This document shows, in pieces, positions 1 through 9,559 of a stretch of 64,000 nt of DNA. The translations under genes and the position numbers were made by a program. A model generated the notes under the pieces. That model was given only the letters and a program-made list of their open reading frames with translations. It searched no databases and had not been told where the DNA came from. Source of the stretch: a candidate division WOR-3 bacterium (lineage in GTDB: Bacteria; Hydrothermota; UBA3072); contig JBDRZZ010000005.1 of NCBI GenBank assembly GCA_039804165.1, forward strand, positions 27,290 to 91,289. Reading direction: 5' to 3'. Every line of letters begins with the position of its first letter. Position 1 is the first letter of the stretch.

Positions 1-782
1 TCGGTTAACTTTTTAATGCTTTGGATTTCCGGTCTTTTGTTTAGAGCTAAAATTGTAAGAGAATCCAAATTAAAACTGTCAATTTCAACTTCCATTTTGT
101 CTTCTATCTCTACAACGGAATCAAGAGGAAACCCCAACATTATATTTAAAGCAGAATGGGCCTGAGTAAGACCATTTTTTGCATTTAACAATTCAGTTTT
201 TTGTTTGTTGTATTCTGTTTCTGCTGAAAGTAAGTCAAGTTTTGTAATTCTCCCAACACTATACTGAATCCGAGCAGTATTTAAGTGTGCTTTTGCTCTT
301 TCTAAGGCTTCTTCTGCAATCTTTACTCCTTCTTTTGCAACCACTACTCCATAATAAACTGTAACAAGATCTTTTAATAAGCTAATCTTATCAGCTTGAT
401 ATTGGAAATCTTGAATTTCTTTGCTTCTTTCCCCAATTTCTTTCGCAATAAGCCTCTTCCCAAATGTAAAAACGGGAAAAGTAATTTGAAGGGAATTTTT
501 GAAATTGTCAGGATACCCAAGAGATATGTACTGCTTGCCAAAGGGTGTTTCCATCTCAAATTGTGGAACACTTAAGAGTCTTGTATAACTGGATTGAAAA
601 TTGACTGTAGGATAGAAAGAAGCCCAAGATTCTCTCATTACAAGCTCTGCTTTTTTAACTTCAAGTTCTGAGATTGTGAGCTCTCTATTTTTGGAAAGAG
701 CAATTTCTTTTGCTTCCTTAAAAGTTAAAGAGAATAAGCCAAAATTTAGTAATAGAAGAAAGGGAATTTTAATTCTTAGCAT
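1..782 (-). CDS. Outer-membrane efflux protein, TolC family. Partial: the N-terminal part only, and the gene runs off the window start
   Basis: Minus-strand translation starts at ATG 782-780, overlapping the tetR stop as ATGCTAA. It reads MLRIKIPFLLLLNFGLFSLTFKEAKEIALSKNRELTISELE...LALNKRPEIQSIKKLTE, a lipoprotein-like signal followed by TolC-type repeats. It is absent from the ORF track because it runs off the window edge. Confidence 0.6.
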   Translation of the reverse strand, partial: MLRIKIPFLLLLNFGLFSLTFKEAKEIALSKNRELTISELEVKKAELVMRESWASFYPTVNFQSSYTRLLSVPQFEMETPFGKQYISLGYPDNFKNSLQITFPVFTFGKRLIAKEIGERSKEIQDFQYQADKISLLKDLVTVYYGVVVAKEGVKIAEEALERAKAHLNTARIQYSVGRITKLDLLSAETEYNKQKTELLNAKNGLTQAHSALNIMLGFPLDSVVEIEDKMEVEIDSFNLDSLTILALNKRPEIQSIKKLT

Positions 783-1357
783 TTGACCTCCTCTTTCACT
801 CCATTTAAGAGAACAGAAATAGCAGTATTTTTCAATGTTTTTGAGTCAGAGTGTTCAATAGCTAAAATCATTGCAACAATTATTTCATAAAGGTCGTTAA
901 GATTTAATTTACTATTAGGCATATACTTCTGGATAGCTTTTACAGCTTCTTTTTCGAAAGACTTAATCAATTTAATCACAGATTCATTTATTTTTTGAAA
1001 ACACTCAGTAGGGATATGACTTCCTTTGAAGCCTTTTTGGACCTTACCAAATCTAATAAAAAATTCGTCCCTTCTTATAAATTTCTCAAAATAATCAAAA
1101 ACTTCAAAAATCATGTCGAAAAAAGCTTTGCCAGATTTAATAATGCTTTGCACTGTTTCTATAATTTTCCTATGAGCTTCTTCAAAAATTTCTATAAAGA
1201 GAGTAGCCTTAGAATCAAAATAAAGATAAATCGTTCCTTTCGCAACATTGCAAGCTTTAGCTACTTCTTCCATTGTGACAGCATAATACCCTTTTTTTGC
1301 GAAAAGTTCTTTCGCAACCTCCATTATTTGTTTCTTTCTAACTGACTGGTCAGTCAT
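776..1357 (-). CDS. TetR/AcrR family transcriptional regulator
   Basis: N-terminal HTH (MEVAKELFAKKGYYAVTMEEVAKACNVAKGTIYLYFDSK). The -35 TTGACA and -10 TATATT lie only about 10 nt upstream of the ATG, so the mRNA would be nearly leaderless. Confidence 0.85.
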   Translation of the reverse strand: MTDQSVRKKQIMEVAKELFAKKGYYAVTMEEVAKACNVAKGTIYLYFDSKATLFIEIFEEAHRKIIETVQSIIKSGKAFFDMIFEVFDYFEKFIRRDEFFIRFGKVQKGFKGSHIPTECFQKINESVIKLIKSFEKEAVKAIQKYMPNSKLNLNDLYEIIVAMILAIEHSDSKTLKNTAISVLLNGVKEEVKC

Positions 1358-1492
1358 AGCAAATGATAATATATGGGTATCTTTTCAGTTGTCAAGGGGT
1401 ATTTTTATAGAAAATTCTTATTATAGGGAAATTCTATTGAATGGGGAGTGGTTTATACTTTTATTGAAGCATTATGGTTTTCTGAAATAAAC

Positions 1493-1520
1493 AAAAAGAA
1501 GCGGGACCGCTTCTTTTTGT
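1493..1520 (-). terminator. Rho-independent, bidirectional terminator downstream of the surface-protein gene
   Basis: aaaaagaagcgg-gac-ccgcttcttttt stem-loop flanked by A/T runs on both strands. Confidence 0.5.
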
Positions 1521-1540
1521 TTTGTTAAAAAATTCTTGTT

Positions 1541-3784
1541 TTACCTAATTAACACCGTTTTTACTTCTTTTCTAATATCAGGGCCTTTCATTAAAACAAA
1601 GTATATATCAGTTGGGATGTTTAATACTTTTAGAGATGTCTGGTAATATCCGGGTTTCATTATTCTGTGGATGAGCGTTCCGACTTCTATTCCTGCTTTG
1701 TTGTATACTTTTATCTCAACCAGCCCTTCTTTTGCTAAAGAGAATAAGATTTCTCCACTTCCAAATTTCGCATTTATATTTGAGACAAGAGGAAGTTCTC
1801 CTATACCGGAACCTTCATCTATAACCACGATCGGGTTTGAGCTTCCAGAAATATTTGAATTTGAAGTGTCCGTAACCGTTATTATTAACTCAGAACAAGC
1901 TATCTGAGCAATAAATGAGAACGAATCGACCGGGTTGAGAAGAGTTTGTATCTCTCCGCCTGGGAATACAACCCCAGGTTTACTTGCACTTAACCTTACG
2001 TCAATCGGCAACCCAAAATTGGTGATATTACCAAAGGTATCAAGAGCTATTACCCGAATATTCGTTGTGTCATTTAAACTTATCGTATCCACTTTGGCAG
2101 AAAGAAGTTCCACGAGGAATCTATCCAAACCACTGGAAAGCCAAGTTATTTCGGAAGATGTTCCTGTATGGCTTTCTTTATCTAAGGCTTTTACACCGTT
2201 TATCTTTTCTGCTTTCTTGTTTGTAACATAAACTGTGCAGATCCCTGCAACAAAAGAGCTTTCTGGAATGTTTGCAGAAAGTTCATTTAAAGTGTCTCCT
2301 AAGATAATCCATGAAACTTGGGAGGGTTCTGCTGTAGTTCCAATAAGGGAAAGTGTAACTGGATCAGGGTTTGTGTAAAAGGTAATTGTATTATCATACC
2401 TATCTTTAGCGGTTATTTCAACCATAGCATATTCGGAGACATAAAGAGTATCAGGTTTAACTGAAAGAGAGAAATGGTGAAGGGTAAAAGGTCCTTCATT
2501 GAAGACAACCACTATATCTGCATGGCCTCCAGTGTAAGCCATTATATGAGCGGTATCAGCTTCTGTGGCACAGGAAGTATAATCTATCTTTACATTATTG
2601 CTATCTGATAAGGTTCTCGCTCCTAAGGTTCCCTTTCCATCTATTTTAATAAATAAAACATCTGTTGTATCAGCTGCATCAATATGATTCCCATACTGGT
2701 CAAGCTTTTCTGCTGTAAGTGTAATAGAACTCCCTGCAGGGATAAAAGCTGAGTCAGGTGAAAGAACTACACTAGCAAGAGGAGCAGGGATTTGAGTTAT
2801 ATGAATAGTATCGGAGGCTACTCCACTTGTTCCTGTAACTGTATAAACACCAGCCACCGTTGAGGAAAGGTAATTCACTTCTGCTATTCCATTAGGATCA
2901 ACATTTACGGTATCCGGGGCAACAATACCCGCTCCTTCGGAGCAGGTAAAAATCACCTCATACATTAAATTTTCATAGTAATTAGCATAAGCACTCGGAT
3001 TGCCATACTGGTCAAAAAGCTGAATCCTTAACGGTTCTATTTCAGTTTTATTAGAAACGACAACAGTTGAATCTTCAGCACTCAGAACTGCACTCGTTGG
3101 ACTTCCACCAATTGTAGTAATATAAGTCTCATCCGTAAAGCCACCTTCTTTTGTTGTGGCTGTTATTGTATCTACCGCAATTAAATCATCCGTGGTATAG
3201 ACCATCTGAATCTTATTCTCAGGAGTCAATGACCTTGGGCCAATAGTTCCTAAACCAGAAGTAGTAAAACTAATATCCGTTGTGTCCGTTGCATCTATGT
3301 GATTTCCATAAGCATCTACTAACTCAGCAACTACTATTACTTGATTTGTAACAGGAACCACAGTATCCACGGGTGTAATCCTCACTCCATTTAAATCACC
3401 AGCTACTACCTCGATATCAAGAGTATCCCGGACATATTGCCATCCTCCTCCCCACGTCCGATATCTATACCATCCATAAACTTTATTGATTCCAGCAGTG
3501 TGTCCTGCAGTAAATACTGTGTATGCGTGACCAGCTCCATCTGTTGTATCTACTAAAGGAGATACAGAACCATCGCCCTGGATTACCGAAAAAGTAACAA
3601 TTCTATTAGCATAAGGATTTCCATTCCATAAAGCAGTCGCAGTTAAATTTAAAGAGCTATCAACCTTAATTGATTGTCCTTCCGGTGTTATATTGAGAGT
3701 TCTTTGAGCACTTGCTTTACCAATGAAACCAAACATAAGAATTAATGAGAAGATAAGCAATCCCTTTCTTATATTAAACTTCAT
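1541..3784 (-). CDS. Secreted cell-surface protein with multiple bacterial Ig-like (Big) domains and a C-terminal sorting-domain-like beta-sandwich
   Basis: Signal peptide MKFNIRKGLLIFSLILMFGFIGKASAQ. Repeated ...DAYGNHIDATDTTDISF / ...DQYGNHIDAADTTDVLF / ALDTFGN motifs. C-terminus EGLVEIKVYNKAGIEVGTLI...GYYQ...DIYFVLMKG resembles T9SS/Por-type CTD or FlgD Ig-like sorting domains. Confidence 0.65.
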   Translation of the reverse strand: MKFNIRKGLLIFSLILMFGFIGKASAQRTLNITPEGQSIKVDSSLNLTATALWNGNPYANRIVTFSVIQGDGSVSPLVDTTDGAGHAYTVFTAGHTAGINKVYGWYRYRTWGGGWQYVRDTLDIEVVAGDLNGVRITPVDTVVPVTNQVIVVAELVDAYGNHIDATDTTDISFTTSGLGTIGPRSLTPENKIQMVYTTDDLIAVDTITATTKEGGFTDETYITTIGGSPTSAVLSAEDSTVVVSNKTEIEPLRIQLFDQYGNPSAYANYYENLMYEVIFTCSEGAGIVAPDTVNVDPNGIAEVNYLSSTVAGVYTVTGTSGVASDTIHITQIPAPLASVVLSPDSAFIPAGSSITLTAEKLDQYGNHIDAADTTDVLFIKIDGKGTLGARTLSDSNNVKIDYTSCATEADTAHIMAYTGGHADIVVVFNEGPFTLHHFSLSVKPDTLYVSEYAMVEITAKDRYDNTITFYTNPDPVTLSLIGTTAEPSQVSWIILGDTLNELSANIPESSFVAGICTVYVTNKKAEKINGVKALDKESHTGTSSEITWLSSGLDRFLVELLSAKVDTISLNDTTNIRVIALDTFGNITNFGLPIDVRLSASKPGVVFPGGEIQTLLNPVDSFSFIAQIACSELIITVTDTSNSNISGSSNPIVVIDEGSGIGELPLVSNINAKFGSGEILFSLAKEGLVEIKVYNKAGIEVGTLIHRIMKPGYYQTSLKVLNIPTDIYFVLMKGPDIRKEVKTVLIR

Positions 3785-4045
3785 AAACCTCCTCCTTAAA
3801 TTTTATTTTTATATAGTGGATTATTATAATTAATAATAATTTAGAAAAAGTCAACAGTTTAATTTTTTCTAACTTTTTTATATTTAAAATATAGGAAAAT
3901 TAGTCCAACAAAAAGATGTTTCAAGGTTTATGAATCTAATTCTGAATTCAAGATGGGATTTATATTCTATTCAAGTTAAAGGGCTAATTCCAAAATAAAA
4001 TCCGCCTTTTAATCCTAATATTTTAAGAATAAGAAGAGAGGGTTA

Positions 4046-4930
4046 TTATTCAGAGGTTTTGTGCTTTAAGAGAGCCCAATTGGCGGACCCAATAATTCCT
4101 GCTTTATCTTGTAATTTTGCAATTTTTATTTTAACTTTTTTAAAGCTAAGGGACTCCAAAGATTGATTTTTTTTGATTAATTTTAAGATCATATTTCCTG
4201 CTTTTGCTATACCTCCTCCTATTATAACTAAATCTGGGTCTAAGGCTTTAACAATGTTATTAATTCCAACTCCAAGATAGAAGCCAAAATCATTTACTAC
4301 CTTTAAGGCTATTGTTTTTCTTTTTCTTGCTTCATCAAAGATTTCTTTAACACTTTTCTCTTTTCCTGAAAGGACTTTATAACGATTAGATATGGCATAG
4401 CCTCCAACAAAAGCTTCAAGACAACCTTTGTTTCCACACCGACATTCAGGACCCTCTAAGTCAATTATCATGTGCCCAAATTCTGAGGCGAACCCTTGAG
4501 TTCCTTTATATACTTTTTTATCTATCACGATGGCTCCACCGACTCCTGTCCCAAGAGTTAAACCCACAACAATTTTGGCATTTTTTCCATTTCCAGCTAG
4601 GACTTCTCCAAAGATGTAAGCATTGGCATCATTGAACACATAAACAGGGAATTTTGTTTTCTTTCTTAGATATTCTTGTAGTTCAAACCCGTAGATAGAG
4701 GATAAACTTGTTACATTGTATACTTTTCCATCCTCAATGAATCCAGGGAATCCAACACCAATTACAGAAAAATGGAAGGAATTATAACTTTTAATTATAT
4801 CTACCAACTCTTCTAAAATTTTTTCTTGATTAGAAGGAAGAGTTTTAAATTCCTTTACTTTATTTTTTAAAACAAGCCCTGTTTTTATGTTCGTGGATCC
4901 AACATCTATTCCTAAAGCTAATTCTTTCAA
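4046..4930 (-). CDS. ROK-family sugar kinase (glucokinase/mannokinase-like)
   Basis: LALGIDVGSTNIKTGLV ATP-binding N-terminus, CRCGNKGCLE zinc motif and GGGIAKAG. The ORF-track start (TTG at 5029) adds a lysine-rich, non-HTH extension. A TTG at 4930 preceded by GGAGG is the more likely start. No wHTH is present, so this is a kinase rather than a ROK repressor. Confidence 0.7.
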   Translation of the reverse strand: MKELALGIDVGSTNIKTGLVLKNKVKEFKTLPSNQEKILEELVDIIKSYNSFHFSVIGVGFPGFIEDGKVYNVTSLSSIYGFELQEYLRKKTKFPVYVFNDANAYIFGEVLAGNGKNAKIVVGLTLGTGVGGAIVIDKKVYKGTQGFASEFGHMIIDLEGPECRCGNKGCLEAFVGGYAISNRYKVLSGKEKSVKEIFDEARKRKTIALKVVNDFGFYLGVGINNIVKALDPDLVIIGGGIAKAGNMILKLIKKNQSLESLSFKKVKIKIAKLQDKAGIIGSANWALLKHKTSE

Positions 4931-5185
4931 TTTTTGATATCCTCCTCTTTGGTTTGATTTATTTTTATGATGTTTGATTGAGTTCCTAATTCTTGTTTTT
5001 AAAAATATCTTTTTTTTGTGTTTTGTCAATATGGCGAAAAACCTAAGAGCCTATAAGTCAAATAGATATCCCAAATAAAAAATAGAAAAGTTTAACTAAT
5101 TTGTTTTCCTTTTCCTTATTATAATTTAAGGTTTTGTATTATTTCTATTATTGTAAGCTACTGAAATTTAATTGTTTATTTACTC

Positions 5186-5215
5186 TTGACAAATAGAAAA
5201 AGTTTATTATATATT
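5186..5215 (+). promoter_or_regulatory. Sigma70-type promoter of the mannan phosphorylase operon
   Basis: TTGACA (5186-5191), a 17-nt spacer, then TATATA/TATATT. RBS AAGAGGAG and a GTG start at 5236. Confidence 0.45.
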
Positions 5216-5235
5216 CTCCGAAAAGAGGAGAATTT

Positions 5236-7683
5236 GTGAAATTTGGATATTTCGATGATGAGAATAGAGAGTATGTAATTACAACTCCAAAAGTTCCTTA
5301 TCCCTGGATAAATTATCTTGGATATGATAATTTTTTCTCTTTGATTTCCAATACAGGTGGGGGATATAGTTTTTATAAAGATGCGAGACTTAGGAGGATA
5401 ACTCGGTATCGTTATAACAATATTCCTTTAGATGAGGGTGGAAAATATTTTTATATAAATGAAAATGGGGATGTTTGGTGCCCAGGGTGGAGGCCTGTTA
5501 AGGTTAGTTTGGATAAATATGAATGTCATCATGGTCTTGGTTATACAAAAATTATTGGGAGAAGAAATGGACTTGAAGCGGAAGTTTTGTATACCGTTCC
5601 ATTAGGGTTTGATGGGGAGGTTGAATGGGTTCACTTAGTAAATAAATCAAATTATAAGAAAAAATTTAAACTTTTCTCTTTTGTTGAGTTTTGTCTCTGG
5701 AACGCCTTGGATGATATGACAAATTTCCAAAGGAACTTTTCAACTGGAGAAGTGGAGATTAAAGGTTCGGTCATTTATCACAAAACTGAATATAGAGAAA
5801 GAAGAAATCATTTTGCTTTTTATTCGGTAAATTCAGAGATAGAAGGTTATGACACGCAATTAGAAGATTTTCTTGGACTTTATAATGGGCTTTCTTCTCC
5901 AGTAGCAGTTTTTGAAGGTAAGCCAAGAAATTCAGAAGCTCATGGTTGGCAACCTATTGCTTCTCATTGTATTGGAGTGGAACTTTTACCTGGAGAAGCA
6001 AAAGATTACATATTTATTCTTGGTTATGTGGAAAATTCTCCTGAGGAGAAATGGGAAAGTCCAGGAGTTATTAACAAAAAGAAAGCTGAAGAGATGATAA
6101 ATAAAATAAAGACAAAAGAGGATGTAGAAAGAGAATTATCTTCTATAAAGAAGTTTTGGGATGAGCTTCTTTCAGTTTATGAACTTGAACATCCGGATGA
6201 GAAACTTGTAAGGATGGTAAATATTTGGAATCCCTATCAGTGTATAATAACATATCATATGGCAAGAAGTGCTTCGTATTTTGAATCTGGTATTGGAAGA
6301 GGAATTGGTTTTAGAGATTCAAATCAGGATCAATTGGGTTGTATACATCAAATACCTGAGAAATCAAAACAGAGGATTCTTGATCTTGCTGCAACTCAGA
6401 AAGAGGATGGTAGTGCTTATCATCAATATCAACCTCTAACAAAGAGAGGAAACAATGAGATTGGAAGCAATTTCAACGATGATCCTCTTTGGCTCATAGC
6501 TTCTGTAGCTGCTTATATAAAAGAAACTGGAGATTATTCTATTTTAGAAGAGTCTGTTCCTTTTGATAATGACGAAAGTAAAAAAGGAAGTTTGTTTGAG
6601 CATATTAAAAGGTCCTTTTATCATGTTGTTAACAATTTGGGTCCTCATAATTTACCTTTAATAGGGAGAGCCGATTGGAATGATTGTCTCAATCTTAACT
6701 GTTTTTCAACAAATCCTGATGAAAGCTTCCAGACGACCACAAATAAAGAAGGGAAAGTAGCGGAGTCCATTTTAATTGCAGGGATGTTTGTTTATTATGG
6801 AAAAGAATTTAAAAAAATATGTGAGAATATTGGAGAAAAAGAAGAGGCTGAAAAAGCAGAAGAACATATAAATAGGATGATAGAAAATATAAAGAAGTAT
6901 GGATGGGATGGAGAATGGTTTTTACGGGCTTATGATGATAATGGAAATAAAGTTGGAAGTAAGGAAAATGAGGAGGGTCAGATATTTATAGAACCTCAAG
7001 GGTTCTGTGTAATGGCAGAGATTGGTCTTGAAGATGGAAAGGCAATAAAAGCTTTAGATTCGGTGAAAGAAAGACTTGACTGTGAATATGGGATTGTTTT
7101 ATTAAACCCTGCTTATACAAAATATTATTTGAATCTAGGTGAGGTTTCTTCTTATCCTCCTGGTTATAAAGAGAATGCCGCAGTTTTTTGTCATAATAAC
7201 CCTTGGATTATGATTGCCGAGACTGTTTTAGGAAGAGGAGATAGAGCTTTTGAGTATTACAAAAAAATTGCTCCGGCTTATCTTGAGGATATAAGTGAAA
7301 TTCATAAAACAGAGCCTTATGTTTACTCTCAGATGATTGCTGGGAAAGATGCTTATAAAAAAGGTGAAGCAAAGAATTCCTGGCTTACTGGAACTAGTGC
7401 TTGGAATTATGTAGCAATAACTCAGTATATTCTTGGGATAAGACCTGATTATGATGGTCTTATTGTTGACCCTTGTATTCCTTCTAATTGGGAAGGTTAT
7501 AAAGTTAATAGAAAATTCAGAAATGCAACTTATCAGATTGAGGTTAAAAATCCTGAGAAGGTTTCTAAGGGAGTAAAAATTTTAAGAGTGGATGGAGAAA
7601 AGATTCAGGGAAATAAAGTTCCAGTTTTTGGGGATGGAAAAGTGCATAGAGTTGAAGTAATACTTGGAAGAAAGGAGGCATAA
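5236..7683 (+). CDS. GH94 disaccharide phosphorylase (cellobiose phosphorylase-like)
   Basis: N-terminus [29 protein letters not shown]...[25 protein letters not shown] is the GH94 signature. About 815 aa. Confidence 0.85.
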   Translation: MKFGYFDDENREYVITTPKVPYPWINYLGYDNFFSLISNTGGGYSFYKDARLRRITRYRYNNIPLDEGGKYFYINENGDVWCPGWRPVKVSLDKYECHHGLGYTKIIGRRNGLEAEVLYTVPLGFDGEVEWVHLVNKSNYKKKFKLFSFVEFCLWNALDDMTNFQRNFSTGEVEIKGSVIYHKTEYRERRNHFAFYSVNSEIEGYDTQLEDFLGLYNGLSSPVAVFEGKPRNSEAHGWQPIASHCIGVELLPGEAKDYIFILGYVENSPEEKWESPGVINKKKAEEMINKIKTKEDVERELSSIKKFWDELLSVYELEHPDEKLVRMVNIWNPYQCIITYHMARSASYFESGIGRGIGFRDSNQDQLGCIHQIPEKSKQRILDLAATQKEDGSAYHQYQPLTKRGNNEIGSNFNDDPLWLIASVAAYIKETGDYSILEESVPFDNDESKKGSLFEHIKRSFYHVVNNLGPHNLPLIGRADWNDCLNLNCFSTNPDESFQTTTNKEGKVAESILIAGMFVYYGKEFKKICENIGEKEEAEKAEEHINRMIENIKKYGWDGEWFLRAYDDNGNKVGSKENEEGQIFIEPQGFCVMAEIGLEDGKAIKALDSVKERLDCEYGIVLLNPAYTKYYLNLGEVSSYPPGYKENAAVFCHNNPWIMIAETVLGRGDRAFEYYKKIAPAYLEDISEIHKTEPYVYSQMIAGKDAYKKGEAKNSWLTGTSAWNYVAITQYILGIRPDYDGLIVDPCIPSNWEGYKVNRKFRNATYQIEVKNPEKVSKGVKILRVDGEKIQGNKVPVFGDGKVHRVEVILGRKEA

Positions 7684-9494
7684 TGAGTATTATTGATATA
7701 AGTATTATAATAGCTTATTGCGTTATTGTAGTTATTATTGGATTTGTCGTTAAGAAGTGGGCTTCGGAAGATATTAGATCTTATTTTCTTGGAGGAAATA
7801 AACTTCCATTTTATGTTTTAGGAGTTGCAAACGCTTCAGGTATGTTTGATGTAACAGGGACGATGATGTTGGTTACCTGGACTTTTATTTATGGTGTAAA
7901 AGGAGCGTTTTTGCCTTGGGTTTGGCCTGTATTTAATCAGGTTTTCTTAATGATTTATCTCTCTATGTGGTTGCGCCGGTCTAATGTTATAACAGGAGCG
8001 GAATGGATAAGGACAAGGTTTGGGCATGATCTTGGAGCAAAACTTGCTGATATAAGTGTGGTTGTTTTTGCTATTATCAGTGTTATTGGATTTCTTGCTT
8101 ATGATTTTCAAGGGATAGGAAAATTTGGACAGATAATTCTTCCCTGGAAGCTTTCTGCAAATACTTATGCAATGATATTTATGGGTGTTGCAAGTATTTA
8201 TACAATTATGGGTGGAATGCTTGCAGTCACAATAACTGACCTATTTCAGTATTTTCTTATGACAATTACCTCTATTGGAATCGCATTTATTGCGATTAAA
8301 CATTCATCCCCTCTTCTTATAAAAAATTTAGTTCCTGATGGTTGGTTAAGTTTAAGATTTGGTTGGAGAAATCTTGGATTAGATTGGGCGAATTTAATTC
8401 CAGAGATAAATAACAAAATAGCGAGTGATGGTTTTTCTCTGGCTGGGATTGCCTTAATGATGATGCTTTTTAAAGGTTTTCTTGTAAGTGCAGCAGGACC
8501 TGCACCGAATTATGACATGCAAAGAATTCTTGCAACAAGAAATCCAAAGGAAGCTTCTTTAATGAGTTGGTTTGTCTCTGTTGTTCTTTATTTCCCGAGA
8601 TATCTACTTGTCACTGGTATTTGTGTTTTGGGTCTTATTTATTTTAGCCCTCAACTAAAAGCGATGGGAAGTGGAGTGGATTTTGAGCAAATTCTTCCAT
8701 ATGTAATCCACAACTTTGTTCCTGTTGGTCTTTTAGGGCTTCTTCTTGCAGGACTTTTAGCAGCCTTTATGAGCACTTATGATGGAACGGTAAATTGTGG
8801 TGCTTCTTATATTGTTAATGATATTTATAGAAGATACATAAATCCAAAAGCTCCTGCTAAGAGATATGTTACGATAAGCTACATAAGTTCTTTTGTTATC
8901 ATTGCTCTTGGGATTATTTTTGGAATTATGGGAAAATCAATTTACCAAATTACAATGTGGCTTGTGGCTGGTCTTTGGGGAGGGTATACAGCCCCAAATG
9001 TTCTTAAGTGGCATTGGTGGAGATTTAATGGTTATGGATACTTTTGGGGGATGATTTCTGGGATAGTTGCTGCTCTATTCTTGCCAATTCTTTTTGGGAA
9101 TCCAGATGTTTTATTTGGGGTGCAATTTAATCTTGCTCTTTTCCCACTTATTCTCGTAATAAGCACGGTTGCTTCTATCTTAGGAACCCTTCTTACTGAG
9201 CCAGAGAAAGACGAGATTTTAATGGATTTCTACAAGAAGGTTCGTCCTTGGGGTCTTTGGAAACCTATTTATGAGAAAGTTAAGAAAGAAGATCCTAATT
9301 TTGAAAGGAATAAGAATTTCTTTAGAGATATGATAAATGTTATTGTGGGTATTATATGGCAGACAAATTTTGTATTAATTCCTATCTATCTTGTTTTAAG
9401 AGAATTCGTTCCTATGTATGTAAGTATTGGTTTGCTTATTGTAACCTCAATATTTTTGAAGTTCAACTGGTATGATAAACTGGAGAAAGAATAG
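7683..9494 (+). CDS. Sodium:solute symporter (SSF family) transporter
   Basis: Polytopic membrane protein, 603 aa, with SSF-like topology. The start overlaps the GH94 stop (TAATG). Confidence 0.75.
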   Translation: MSIIDISIIIAYCVIVVIIGFVVKKWASEDIRSYFLGGNKLPFYVLGVANASGMFDVTGTMMLVTWTFIYGVKGAFLPWVWPVFNQVFLMIYLSMWLRRSNVITGAEWIRTRFGHDLGAKLADISVVVFAIISVIGFLAYDFQGIGKFGQIILPWKLSANTYAMIFMGVASIYTIMGGMLAVTITDLFQYFLMTITSIGIAFIAIKHSSPLLIKNLVPDGWLSLRFGWRNLGLDWANLIPEINNKIASDGFSLAGIALMMMLFKGFLVSAAGPAPNYDMQRILATRNPKEASLMSWFVSVVLYFPRYLLVTGICVLGLIYFSPQLKAMGSGVDFEQILPYVIHNFVPVGLLGLLLAGLLAAFMSTYDGTVNCGASYIVNDIYRRYINPKAPAKRYVTISYISSFVIIALGIIFGIMGKSIYQITMWLVAGLWGGYTAPNVLKWHWWRFNGYGYFWGMISGIVAALFLPILFGNPDVLFGVQFNLALFPLILVISTVASILGTLLTEPEKDEILMDFYKKVRPWGLWKPIYEKVKKEDPNFERNKNFFRDMINVIVGIIWQTNFVLIPIYLVLREFVPMYVSIGLLIVTSIFLKFNWYDKLEKE

Positions 9495-9559
9495 AAGATA
9501 GAATTCAAGAATTGGGTTTTTGGGATGAGGGGTTTTGAAAAATTAAGAAGGAGGAATTT

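Noticed and set aside
995-1345. Plus-strand 116-aa ORF antisense to tetR. Similar antisense or short ORFs occur at 1671-2231, 5912-6097, 9952-10207, 12099-12966, 37089-37808, 41088-41965, 42872-43249 and elsewhere
   Set aside because: These are shadow ORFs inside well-supported genes on the opposite strand. AT-rich coding sequence gives long stop-free antisense frames. Their products are low-complexity F/L/S/K-rich with no motifs and no RBS.
4931-5029. Lysine-rich N-terminal extension of the ROK protein, which might have been an HTH making it a ROK repressor for the mannan operon
   Set aside because: The extension begins at a TTG, is low-complexity (KHKKKIFLKTRIRNSIKHHKNK) and has no wHTH. 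A TTG with GGAGG at 4930 gives the canonical ROK kinase N-terminus (MKELALGIDVG).
5121-5235. Possible cre/CcpA-like operator (TGTAAGCTACTGA) and a TCTCC/GGAGA mini-hairpin near the GH94 RBS
   Set aside because: The match to the cre consensus is poor because the central CG is absent. The 5-bp palindrome is too short to distinguish from chance in AT-rich DNA.
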